This document shows positions 50,049 to 61,991 of a stretch of DNA of 64,000 nt, in pieces (position 1 is the stretch's first letter; the number at the start of each line of letters is the position of its first letter). The DNA lies in NCBI RefSeq assembly GCF_018977255.1, contig NW_024704761.1, positions 5,146,001-5,210,000 of the forward strand, written 5' to 3'. Below the pieces are notes generated by a model, which was not told where the DNA came from, ran no database searches, and worked only from the letters and a program-made list of their open reading frames with translations. The position numbers and the translations under genes were made by a program. The stretch comes from Callorhinchus milii (Eukaryota).

Positions 50049-53000
50049 GTCTGGCGTTTTCTTTCCAAAATTTTCTGCAATTACTTACAGATGTTCTGAA
50101 CTCTCAATGAATCTATTAATGTCTTAATTGCAGCTGCTAGTTGGCACATAATATGATAGATTTTCCCCCCGAAGGAATACACTCAGTAAAATGATTGTGC
50201 TCGACTTATTTCAATCCATTCAATCTCAGAATTTTTTTTTATTTATGCAACAGACTTGTATGTTCACTCTGCAGTTAAGGAGTTAAGCCAATAGAGTAGA
50301 ATTCTATTACAACACGGGGGAAGGCTTAAATCCAACCAGCCTTATAATAGGGGCATGATTGCCAGTTAGACCTTGTGAATTTCACTGTATGTGTGTGTAC
50401 AAAAACCTGGCTTCAAAATGCAGGCAGGCAGGCACCTTGTGGGTAGATAATGGCCGACTTCTAGGTCATCGGGTCCCCAACGAGGTAATTTCATGCATGC
50501 GGAAGGGAAGTCAGTTCTGACTGGGTGAACTGGAAGTCAGACATTTTTCCTGCTAATTAAACACCCCAATTCCAGCATATGTGAACCTGGGTTTTGCCCA
50601 CAAAATATAATTCACATTACAGTATATTCTGTGAAGCGCTTTGAGACGTCTCGAGGACGTGATAAGGCTCTATATCAAATGCAAGGATAATTTATTATTA
50701 TTATTATTCGTCTAAGTGGACCTGGGTTACACTGAAGCATATTAAAAAATGTGAAATTCCAGGCGTGTTTTATGGTGGAGAAAAAAAACACTGGACTCCA
50801 TCACAAAGAAATGAATTGAATAAATTCCAAGCAACGTCGGGTTCAGTAAAAGGCAGCACATTGAGTGCAACTGCTGAGGATTTGTTTTTGTTGAGTGGGG
50901 AGGAAAGAGTGTTAGTGTTAGTAAATTAGCGTCTTCGAATTTTATCCCGGGGTGGGGGGGGGTTGGGGAGGCTTTGTGGCGAAAAGGACTTGGAAAAGAA
51001 GATCACGCTGCAAATTAAGGCAACAAATTAAGGCTGAATTACAGAAAATAAACAACAACTGTTAATGGTCATCATTTTAATTGGGCTGCTGTGACCCAGC
51101 TGAGCTCTCCAGGGACCGACCGCAGATTCTGTGCTGTTCGCAATATTTACGCAGCATCTTGATAAGGGAGCAAAAGTGAAGAATGCCTAAGTTTTTTTTC
51201 TTTGGGATACTAAGTTGTTACCAGCAATTGCGAGGCGAGAGAGAGAGAGAAAGAGAGAGAGATGCGTTAGAAGTGATTTACGGAGGTTTTATTAACCAGG
51301 CAGATGGATATCGGGAGACATTAAAAACAAGCAATAAGCAAGTGGTGCGCAATGGAGCCGAGCAATACAAATCGGAGTGAGATACAACAGCCGGCCCTGT
51401 GTTGAACTCGTCGTTTTATATCGTAGCAGAACTCCACAAGCACTGGATGTGAAAGAGCTTTGCACAGTACGAGTGCGAGGAACCCGATCGGTTGGCGTGA
51501 GGGGGAACAGTTTTCTCAGATAACAGCCTCTGGGAATCGGACCCACGCCAGCAAATGCCTCTTCTTATTCCAGAAAGTGGGGGAACCAATCCCATTCTAA
51601 AGCCTGGCACAAAGCACTCACGGCCGTTAGCAAACAGCCTCTCTGCTTCAAGCTATATCGGACATTCTCTTGAAATCTCTTCGCCTTGCACCTACCGCTC
51701 TCTTTTTGATCTTTGGGCAACATCCTCAAACTCCCACTCCCCCCCCCCATGCTACTTGGCGATCTGCATCATCTCCGTGAAGCCCATCGAGATGTTATTC
51801 CTACTCAAAAACACCACACGAGCCTAAGCTGATCTTGTTAAAGGACGTGCTTCAATTGCTATGTTCACCTCATTGTTGTTGACACTTCAATGCAGTTTAC
51901 TCTGCTTGTTTTATTGAAGGGCAGACATTGTACGAGATCAGTGCACAATCTCTCGATCTTTCTCTCTGCAGACACAGCCAAGGTTTCAAAGATTCAAAGA
52001 GTCAACTCGCGTAACCATAGCGACGGATGGCCAATGCAGTCTGGCCCTTATTAGTGAACTTAAAAATATATATTGCTGAAACTCAAGTTTTACACTTCAA
52101 AATAGTTTTGGGGAAACCTTTGCGGAACAAAATACTTGTAAAGAGTTTCGCTGCCACCAGACATGCTCATTAAATAACCTGGTTTGTACCACATCACAGT
52201 GCAATGTGGTTCATTAGTGCATTACATTGCAGTTGCTCTTGCGAGATTAGCACATTACTTTAAGAGATGGCTCAGGCTGATTAAATACTACAATCAGGCA
52301 CAGCCTTGCCATCTCAAGGCTAATCTTACTTAATATTAAATAACCACCACCACGAAATCACACAGCGCCTTTCACGTCGGAAGGATGTCCCAAGGTGCTG
52401 GACAGGTGAGGGTTTGCAACCGAGCTGGGGGTTGGAATCAAGAAGAAGGGAGGGGAGGTGGGGGGGGGGGGGGTGCATGTGTGGGAGTGTGGGGGGCAAA
52501 AACACAATCAAAGAGGAAAGTCTTGAGACGGGCTTTGAAGGAAGCAAGGGAGGCGACTTAACACCTTCTTAAGTAAGGTCAAGCTTGAGACTTTGCATTC
52601 TTCTCGACCAGAGATGTTAAAAGCACAAGAGTAAGGCCGATTGTGTGGGTGGGGAGGGGGGGGTGGGGGAGAGGGTAACTTTTCTTTAAATAACACAAAT
52701 ACGTAGGCAGATTTTTGGAAGACTATGCAACAGGACCAGAACTATTCTGGAACCGACATTTATGTTTGGAAATAGCAACAGCCATCATGGGAACCAGTGT
52801 CGTACAGTGCAGTACGTCTGAAATAACCGAGCTACTCAAAAGTGAAAGGCAACAGATGCATTTGATTCCCCCCCGCCCCACCCCCCCGGGGCATAAATTT
52901 ACAGATTAAACATTCTCATTATATCAGTTTTACACTCCAATGCACAGGGCTTAAGATGGTCACTCAAATGTCAGCTCAGCTTAATCAGGAGACTTTTGCA

Positions 53001-53249
53001 CTCTTTTGCATCGAAAAGTCGCAGTCGGCCTGGATACATACACAAGCTTTGCTTCCTCAAAGCAGTTGAAGCTGCCAGGGCTCAAGGTATTGAGAATGCC
53101 ATTCTACAATAATAAATAATAACTTGCATTTAGAGTAATGTGACTTAAAGTAGCTGCCTGTTACTTCATAAATGTCCTCAAGTGGCATACAAAATATCAT
53201 TGATTTGCAGGGAAAACACTAATCTGGACCAGCTGCGTCCCACAACAAT

Positions 53250-53560
53250 AAATAATAGCTCTTGCATTTGATGGAATTTGATGGACCTTATCAAGTCATC
53301 AAGATGTCTCAAAGCACTTACCAGGATTTAACTGTAAAGTGTACGTGGCTATGTATTTGTGGGCAAACAAGCAGGCCAATCTGGGCACAGTGACGTCCCA
53401 AAAAAAGCCATACAGTGAATGACCAATTTTGTCGGAGAATGGAAGAATTGTTGGCCAGGCTGCTGGGAGAAACCTCACCACCCTCTTTTGAGTAGCACAC
53501 TCGGGATCCTTTAGAATCCCAGGTAGACGGGATACTCGGTTTAATAACGATGAGATGAGA
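53250..53560 (-). mobile_element. Deu-domain SINE fragment
   Basis: Tail plus core ...gggatcctt...gacgggatactcggtttaat. Confidence 0.68.
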
Positions 53561-54867
53561 GGCCAATTAATTTGAGTTTGGGTGTGAATGTTGACGAGAG
53601 GGAAAGAAATGTAAGACAGGATAAAGCTGAAGAAAGACTCCACATTTCTTCTAATTATTGACAGTAGGACAACAGGTGGTTGTCTGTCACCTAGCTTGTC
53701 TGGGCATCAAAAAGGAACCAGCACCTTGGGACGTCCTCCTGATGTCTATACAAACGCAGCTTTCTATTGTTGGAACCAAAGCCCCTGCATCATAAGGCGG
53801 TCACGGCTGGACAAGCACCAGGCTACACGGTTATCACTTACTCCCACGTCTGACACATTCCTGATGTCGGTCACTTCACCTCTCCTCTTACATCAACACG
53901 TTCCCCCAACAGCAAGCAACAGCGTCTGGATCTGAAACCCCGTGGTATTCCCTGCCTTTCTCTGCTCGTCAGAAGTTGTGGGGAATTTCAAACGCAGAGG
54001 CAACGATTTCAGGTTTACTGGTGATATCGATACCCACCATCTTCAGTGAAGCTCCTCAAGATACAATCCATCACATTCACTCACAATTACACTCTTTTTA
54101 CATAACTGTTATTTGAACAGTCACTTTTGCAAATCGCTTGTTCCTAAGTCACTAGAATCAAATCCTCCTCCAGCACTGACTACCAGAGTTTTTATTCCCC
54201 CGGGCTGACAGGAGGGGCTGAAGGGCGACCTTGACATGACGCTGGTAATGGAGAGTATGGGTATGTGCGGGGGGGCGGGGGGAGGAGGGAGAAAGGGAAA
54301 CGGGAGATGTTTCTCTAAATAAATAAGATCTTTTACTCTGAACTAATTGCACAACTGTCATTACAAGGAACAGGAGGAGGCCATTCAGCCCATCAAGTCT
54401 GTTTATTACATCGTGGCACATCTTTCAATCCCATTTTCCCACGCTTTCCCCGTACCCCTTAACATCCTCACTTGCAAAGCATGCAACTAGAGCTGATTGA
54501 ACCCAGGCCTTGTGAAACTAAACATGTCCTCAGGAGATGGAACACTGTGCTGTGGAGGCTAACCAGGGAACAAGAGAAATTATTCATGGTATTTCTGTGC
54601 AGCATTGCACAATGACAATTATTTGCGATTTCATTTAAAACTTTTACATCTGGTTTGGCAAGGGCTCTTTGTAACAAGCGCAACAGGAGGAGGCAAGTTT
54701 AGGGTTTTTTTTTGGGGGGGGAAGGGGAAGAGTCTGTGTGTGGAGGGGATTCTGAATTCAAAGAAGCTGAGCATTAGTGCTTTGCATACAGCACATTTGA
54801 CAGTGATGAATAACTCTGGCATCTGTACAATGACCTGTCACTAATCTTAGAATACTTAAACACCACT

Positions 54868-55701
54868 CATTTACTCAGGTACTGTCAGACACTGTATATC
54901 GACTTACTTAACGGCAGTTTCATTTTGCCATCCATCATGTGGGAAGGCACATCACAATTTCTGAATAACCACACATATTGTTAGTAATAATAAAAATCCT
55001 TGCATTTGATACAAAGCCTTATCACGTCTTCGAGGCGTCTCAAAGGGCTTCACAGAATATACTGTAAAGTGAATTGACTGCTTATTTTTGTAGATGAAAC
55101 GTGGCAGCCAATTGCGCCCAAACCTAATAACAATAATAGTATTGTTAATAGGTGTGTTTGGGTGACTGGGGTAAGTGTGAGTGTGTAAAGAAAGGAGAAG
55201 GTGTATGGGTTGCGTGAGATGTGTGTGTGTGCAGTGGTGGGAGAGGAGGTGTGTTAGGGAAAGTGAAGTACACAATTATTATCATTATTAATATTAAAAT
55301 GGGTACAACGTAGAGGAGCCCTATATTAGATCTATCCCATTAAGCCAGCTCATTGCTCTCAACGATTCCCTTGGTGTGCTGGCCTGTCAATCCGGTTCAA
55401 TGGCGTGTGCGAATACACACAGTGTGGTCACATTGCATGAATCTTGACCGTAGTTAATCACAGTGGTGCTAATTTAGTGGTTCAGGAACAGTGAGTTCAA
55501 ACAGAGAGAAGTATTGTTTGCTGGGTGAAGGAACAAATTGTTTTACAGAAAAAAAATGTTTATTTCTCTCTGGTGGAATTCCAAAGCTTTTTTATCCCAG
55601 TCAGAATGTGCTACGAGTTCCCATTTACTCCGGTACTGTCAGACACTGTGAATCGACTTACTTAATGCCAGTTTCATCTTGCCACTCATCATGTGGGAAG
55701 G
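54868..55701. repeat. Pair of 80-bp direct repeats (54868-54947 and 55622-55701)
   Basis: Ungapped hand alignment gives 72/80 identity. The flanks are unrelated. Confidence 0.9.
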
Positions 55702-56117
55702 AAGCCAGACTGAGAAATTGGCAGCCGTGTCATTGTTCCTACTGGGTCTCCTTAACCTACCTGTTGTAGCAATTCAGGAGCCTGGACGGCAAGCGACTGC
55801 GATCGCACAGTCCGTCAGCAACGTGGGGCGGTGAAACACGAGCAGTCACTTGGCGAGGATCAATCGGAATTAGCTGTAATGAGGCGATCCGCCGACGGGT
55901 TCCGACAGAATTCTCTCCCGTTCGGTTGACTGCTCTAAGAATCCGCAAGCAGTCTGGTGAAATTATCATCGTTATATTTGTTATTATAATAAATGTGCTT
56001 TGCTCGGATGCGGAGCCATCCGGAAATTCAGAGCAGGGATTCAGATTCAGACTATTTTCATAAAACCAGTGACTTTCAGCAGATGGTCATTAAGTACCGA
56101 AGATGTTACCACGGCTG

Positions 56118-56195
56118 ACCCGGGGGTAGCTCAGTTGACTTGAGTGCTGGACTTGGGACCGTGAAGGTTGTGGGCTCGAATCCTGACGGTGTGTC
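56118..56195 (+). pseudogene. Degenerate tRNA-like sequence (tRNA pseudogene or head of another SINE)
   Basis: ggggtagctcagttg (A box) ... gggctcgaatcc (B box-like). The acceptor stem is not intact. Confidence 0.5.
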
Positions 56196-56739
56196 CTCTC
56201 AACCCTTCACAATTTTAGGTCGATAAAGCACTCAGCGAGTGTTGAAACAAAATGCAAAATCCTTCTCTCAAACGTAAGGGTCGTTCGCAGTATCACACCA
56301 CAAATCAGTCAGATTTAGCCGTACGTTCACAGAAAGTATCGAAGAACAATTCACCCATGTCCTGGAGAGGGCCAGACAGAACCCTTGGGTCCAGTTTGTT
56401 TCCAATTTAAATCTTCAGCAAGTCCAGCAGCCAAAAAGATAATTCCTGAACCAGCTCCAAGTCAGGAAGATAAAATCCCTTGGAGCCAGACCTTGTCTTT
56501 TACTTTGGAGTTAAAGCCACCCTAGCAATCCACACATTGATTGCACTGATATTATTCTTCCTTCAGACGTCTGCAACCCATGGCCAAAACTCCATAATAC
56601 ACACCAGTACACATCGTGTCCAGCTGAGATATCAAGTGGTCTGGAGATTCAGCCATTGTTGCAAAGAAAACCCCAGCCCATCAATGAGATCTGCTGGTTC
56701 TGAACAGCTGTAATCCTATTTGACCACGTTCATATCGCA

Positions 56740-56985
56740 AAGGAAGTTGTAAATTACCTGCGAGCTTGGACGGCATAGTTTCATCTCAATCAGGAAGGCG
56801 GGCCAGATCTCGGTTTGAAGTCTCGGCCAAAAGATAAGAGGACAGTGGAGTGCCTCCCCAATTGTGGACCGCACTGGAGCCTCAGCCTGGACTGTGAGCT
56901 CAAGTTTCCAGTGTTGGGCTTGAACCCGCAACAATTTGTTCCGGAGGCAATCGGGTTACAAATTGAGCCAAACTCAAGCTCCAAG
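56740..56985 (-). mobile_element. Deu-domain SINE 5' portion
   Basis: ctcggtttgaagtctc...gcactggagcctcagcctggac...gggcttgaaccc...ttgagccaa. Confidence 0.62.
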
Positions 56986-57309
56986 GTCACTTCAGGCCAC
57001 CCTGCGTGTGAGCGCATGTTGCTCTTGTTGTTGACAGTGCTGCCGACTGGGCCAGGTTGACACGAATCAATGTTCCTAAAGACAGCAACGGAGTACAGTA
57101 GCACTATGAGTGGAGACCAGACTTTGAAGCTGTAATCACTTAGATCTCAAGAGTTCTCTTCGCTTTGTCCCTTGCTTTGCACGCCACATTCAGAATTTGC
57201 TTATCGCATCCTTCAGCTGCGAATGCTTAGTTTTTGCAATTAACATGGGTCGTGCCATGAAAAACATCAACGCTGCACAGAATTTCAGGACCGCAAAGTA
57301 AATCAGCCT

Positions 57310-57400
57310 GAGTCTAAATGGACAGCCCTTTCAGAGAACCAGCGCAGGCACTATATGTCCAACGGCCTTCTTCTGTGCTGTAAAATTCTATGATTCTATA
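57310..57400 (+). mobile_element. CR1 3' UTR/tail fragment
   Basis: ggccttcttctgtgctgtaaaattctatgattctat matches the tail of the CR1 at 31735. Similar short minus-strand remnants lie near 11610-11730, 19620-19670 and 54360-54470. Confidence 0.7.
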
Positions 57401-60400
57401 ATGGAGGCAAGGAATCATATTTAAACAGCCAAGGAAAAGGGAAATTTAACGAGGCAATCTCATCCATACAGTGACTCGTGTTATTGGAAACCCCTTACTG
57501 TAGAAATGTAAGGCTACACATCAACTGCACAGAATTAGTGCTTTGTGAAATTCTCCCCATTAACCACAGAGAGCTGCTTTTACAAGTCGTGACTTTATGA
57601 TCATTTTAGGATCTGAACTCATGAAAAAGACTAAGGAGCTCTTTCAACCCCAGGCAGTCCGGTCTTCTCAAATAAAACAAAAAAACATGGGGAGGGGGGA
57701 AATGTTTTTTTTTCTTCATTTCAAAAAACAACAGGACACACCAGATCTCTGCTGCAACACTGGCTGATATACAGTATCTACCATATATTCCTGGATGAAC
57801 CACATTAAAATCTCGTTACAGAATGCTCCCAAAGATGGCCTCGAATGCTAGGTCACGTATACCATCAAATTGATGTTAAGCAATTAGGTTGCAGTGCCCT
57901 ACCAAAATGTCATAACATTTTGTCAGAAGGGCCTATGAACAACTTCTTCTAATAACTTCCCTCTCCACACACACAGAAGAATTTAACATGTAAAATCTTG
58001 AATCACTGGAGTCACTTAAGCCAGAACAAAGTCAGGGCCTATTAACCCTTCAAAGACACTTTCAGTTTCCACAATATATACAGGGGTGGGGGGGGGGGGG
58101 GGTGGTCCTGATTTGAGGTATTTGTTAACACAATTCCTTAATAAGAAATTCCGAGTGTCCAAACGAGGTCTGCTATCGACAATAGGGTGTACGTCACTCG
58201 AGCTGGCGATCCGCTTCACAGTGAAGTTGTCTCTTAGTGTTTGTTACACCGGTACATCCTGTAGAAGACTCTCCTCCATCCAACACACAATTTGCAATCT
58301 CCCAGATCACGTTGTTATCGAAGAATTAGGTAAGCAGGATGCTTCCCTCAAGGGAGGGAGTGCACATTCCATTTCAATAATTCATCTCTGGAATCTCCAT
58401 GTGTAGGTAGGGTGCATGTTATTCTCAGATTGGTTCAGATACTCTTGAGAGTTTCCACATGCATCAGACGCCCAGCTGACCAAATCAAATGTTCTATATC
58501 ACATTATCAAGGCAATTACAAGTCTTCAGCTCTCGGTAGGTGTTGTCTAAAGCCACCTTTTTTCTTCGGATTTTTCATCAAATTGAACACTTTGTGAACT
58601 ATCCTACCACTTTTTTCCCCGACCATTTAAATCTACAGGAGGAGAAGAGCTGGAAAGATGTCAGAGTGCACATCCAGCTGAGAAGGCAATGGATGGGTAT
58701 CTGTGCCCTCAGCTGTTTGAGTGTAACTATTGGCTTTCAATTATTTAAAGCCCTGGCACTGAAGTCATCACTCTTACGTTGTGTTCTCTATTCAGCAAGT
58801 ACTCAGAAAGATTAGCGCATTTGTTTCTTTTCAAAACTCAATGATTGTACTGGGCTGAATGGATTTAAACCTGCAGTTGTTTCCAATGCTCAGAATGGAA
58901 GACAGGATTGGAGGCACTTACAGACTAACATCGGATCTTGAAGGTCAATTTCTAGAATGCTAAGTGGCTTACATGTTGAAACAGTTCGTGCTTATGTTGT
59001 CCTTATCAGTTGTTTTCAATGCAGATTGCTCATGTCTCAGCAATCCAATTATGGGCTGGAAGCGGTATTTGTTGAGCCATTGGAGAGATTTATGCCGTGT
59101 TGCAATGAGAAAGCGATTGCAGTTTGATCTATGGAATTACCATGAAAAACATTACAAAATGTTTCAGATGCCAGTATCTGAGTACACAGAGTGTATTTTG
59201 AATTTATAATGTGTAGACAAAACTTTTCTAAATAATTTCGACTCCGATTTGCCCTCGTTGCTTCCTCCCTCGGTCTACACTTACTCGGCTTGTTTGAAAG
59301 GCAGAACAGAGTGCTCAGTCTGCACTCGCCTCACGTCCAATTGTCTAGCAAGAGAAGCCCTTTTTTTTTTACAAAAAAACAGATCAGAATCCCTCTCCTA
59401 TCCCAATGGAATAGTAACCTTATAGAATGCCATCTAGCTATCTGTCAAGAGACCATACCAAACTCGCCATAGAAGGGTATCGCAAATAGAATGCGCACAC
59501 TCCTGGAGGCTGAAATTATGACAGCCTTTGAATACCAGTAACCACACTCGTTGTCCTCCTGTTGTATATCTATCCTGCCGAACATCTGTTCAACTGTTCA
59601 ACTGTTGAACCGGCAGCTTTGCTAAAAATGGTATCAAAATGTTGGGTTGGTTCAAAGCGTGGATCTAACTTTGACGTCAAACTTGGACTCTTTGACTTCT
59701 GAAGCGTTTTCTGGGTTGCGTTCAGACCAGCGCTAAATGATTTGCAAATTATTTGGCAGCTCTGTTCCCCCATCATCGAGCGAGTCGGAATGTAAATTTG
59801 CTCGCTTTACCGCTGACATCTACAACTCACCAGGGCACGGATCAGAGAGCATTACATAGTAACGCCCTTTTCCTCCTGCGCTACCTATGCAAAGAAGCAG
59901 CTCTGCATTTCACTTCACTCCTTTCATTCGTCAGCAGTCCGCACAATTGGTCCGCCAAGCTACTTCCAGTTATCTACAAGTTATTGTGCTCATTTATTCT
60001 GGCCTTTTGTTACTGAATCAATCAGCTCAGCGCACCAGGAGAAAACATGGTTCAATTTGAAGTCATGAATTTAGATAAACGGATACTAAAAGTCTTGGTT
60101 ACATAAAGGCCACCTCTATAAATAGGTCGTTCAGAGCAGTCGAGGCAGAACAAGGTTTCACAACATAAAACCCACACCCTGAATTCCACTCACTGGATCA
60201 TTTGCTTCAGATCATTCTCTCAATGTACCTTTTATTTATTCGGAGGAGCCTGGCATATCTATGGTGACAAGAGGCAAGACGGCAGGGATTGAAAATGCCA
60301 AACCAGACGGGCTACTTGCACATCAAGCATCAATTACTCAGCTCATGGCAACAATATCTCCAGGACCACAATAACACCTCCCATGTTAGAGCCCCAGAGT

Positions 60401-61684
60401 GCATTCAACTCCCCATACGCAGAGAAGGGTATATTTCAGGACTTGGCATCACTTTTGCTCATATTCCAAGTCATTAGCCTGCACAAATGGGCTCCACTTG
60501 GGTGTAAGCTGCTCCTCTGTAAATTTTCTTCCTGATACCTGCAAATCCCATTCAACCTGATGGACAATTTCACATCTGGCGAGTTGGAAAAAGCTTCTTG
60601 CTTTGCCAATGTGGGACTGGATCAGCTCGCTCCTCCAGTTAAACTGGATAGTCATAGAGTAGAACGGTCGACACAATTCTCCCAATTGCCCTGGCACAGC
60701 CCTGAGGCGGAGATTACTTTGCTGGTATTTTTTTTTCGTAGGGACCCATTTAAAGTCAAAGTCACATCTCGCCAACTCCTGCCAGCGCACAAATTGGCGG
60801 CCGGGCTGGCCTAAAAAGGCACAGTTACGCTGCGCATTGCAGAAACGCTTGTGAAACACTTTGAGACGTCCTCTCTGCTGTGTCAAATGCGAGGGTATTT
60901 ACTGTTCCAATTAAATACACAAATGGTTTCTTATAAATGTGTAAAGCACTGATAAACAGTTGGATCTATACGGGGAACTTGGGGGGGAGAAGCACAACTA
61001 ATATTTGGTGAATCAGATAAACCACTTCAATAAGCAATCAGTTAAGAAGCATGTCAGGGCTGGTCTCTGAGCACAATTGGTTCGATTATCCTCCTGTTCC
61101 ACATGCTACAAACACTGCCAGCTTTGCCACAAATTCATTATTTAGATATCCAGCCGTGGCTCCAGCCAACTGGCATTGGGCTTGAACAAATAAAAAGAGT
61201 AATCTGAATGACCTGAGGTTCAATCAATGTCACATTCATTCATCACAGGATAAGGTCTGAGCCCAGATACAGCCATAAACTTCTTGCAGGTTTACAATGG
61301 CTTTTATATTCATTCAAATATTAAATCATTTCAGGAATAGTGAAGGAACTGCCTAATGATTTTACGAGGAAGTGCTTTGTACAAGCAACACACGAAAGTT
61401 TGCTTTGGCTGGAAGGTGACCACCTAGCAACATAGAACTTCTTATCTCGGGGTTCTGTGTATGTGTGTGTGTGTGTGTGAACAGTCCGCCGTTCTCCGCT
61501 GACAACAGCAGCACATGTCCTGTCCTTATCTTTCGATTCACTCTTAAAAAAAGAAACCAGTTGAAATCCAGTTCCCTCGGGTGGCAAAGCGAAACATTTT
61601 AAGTGAGAAAATGTAACCTGACCGCAAGGCTGCTCACGGCTTCAAAATATTAAGCGGGTTTCCAAAAAAGGACGGTTACAATGA

Positions 61685-61991
61685 TATAATAATCCTTGCA
61701 TTTGATATAGCGCTTTTCACGTCTTCTAGACGTCTCAAAGCGCTTCACAAAATAGACTGTAAAGTGAATTGACTGTATATTTGTGGGCAAAATGCGGCAG
61801 CCAATTGCGCACAGCAGTGTCCCACAAACAGTCGTGGATTGAAATGACCAATTTATTATTGTTTTTTTTTGAGGGATTATTATTAGGCGTGTGGATGAAA
61901 GAAACTTGGCCAAGGTTTCACCCTGCCGGGAATTAAGCCCAGGTCTCTCGCTTGCAAAGCGAGTGCTCCAATCACTGAGCTACAGGACTCC
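61685..61991 (-). mobile_element. Full-length tRNA-Ala-derived SINE, short subfamily
   Basis: Colinear with 49293-49613 from the GGAGTCCTGTAGCTCAGT head to the GCAAGGATTAT tail. Confidence 0.9.

Noticed and set aside
55761-55873. Possible minus-strand exon (attacag|...CAG|gtaggt)
   Set aside because: Weak polypyrimidine tract, 113 nt would shift the frame, and there is no similarity to ZIP11. Treated as a pseudo-exon.
58500-58620. Minus-strand peptide NPKKKGGFRQHL reminiscent of DIRS/Gypsy reverse transcriptase
   Set aside because: A stop follows shortly, no further RT motifs are seen, and the adjacent sequence belongs to the unclassified repeat.
59285-59344. Possible minus-strand mini-exon (ttgctag|...|gtaagt)
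   Set aside because: No ZIP11 similarity and no support beyond splice-like dinucleotides.
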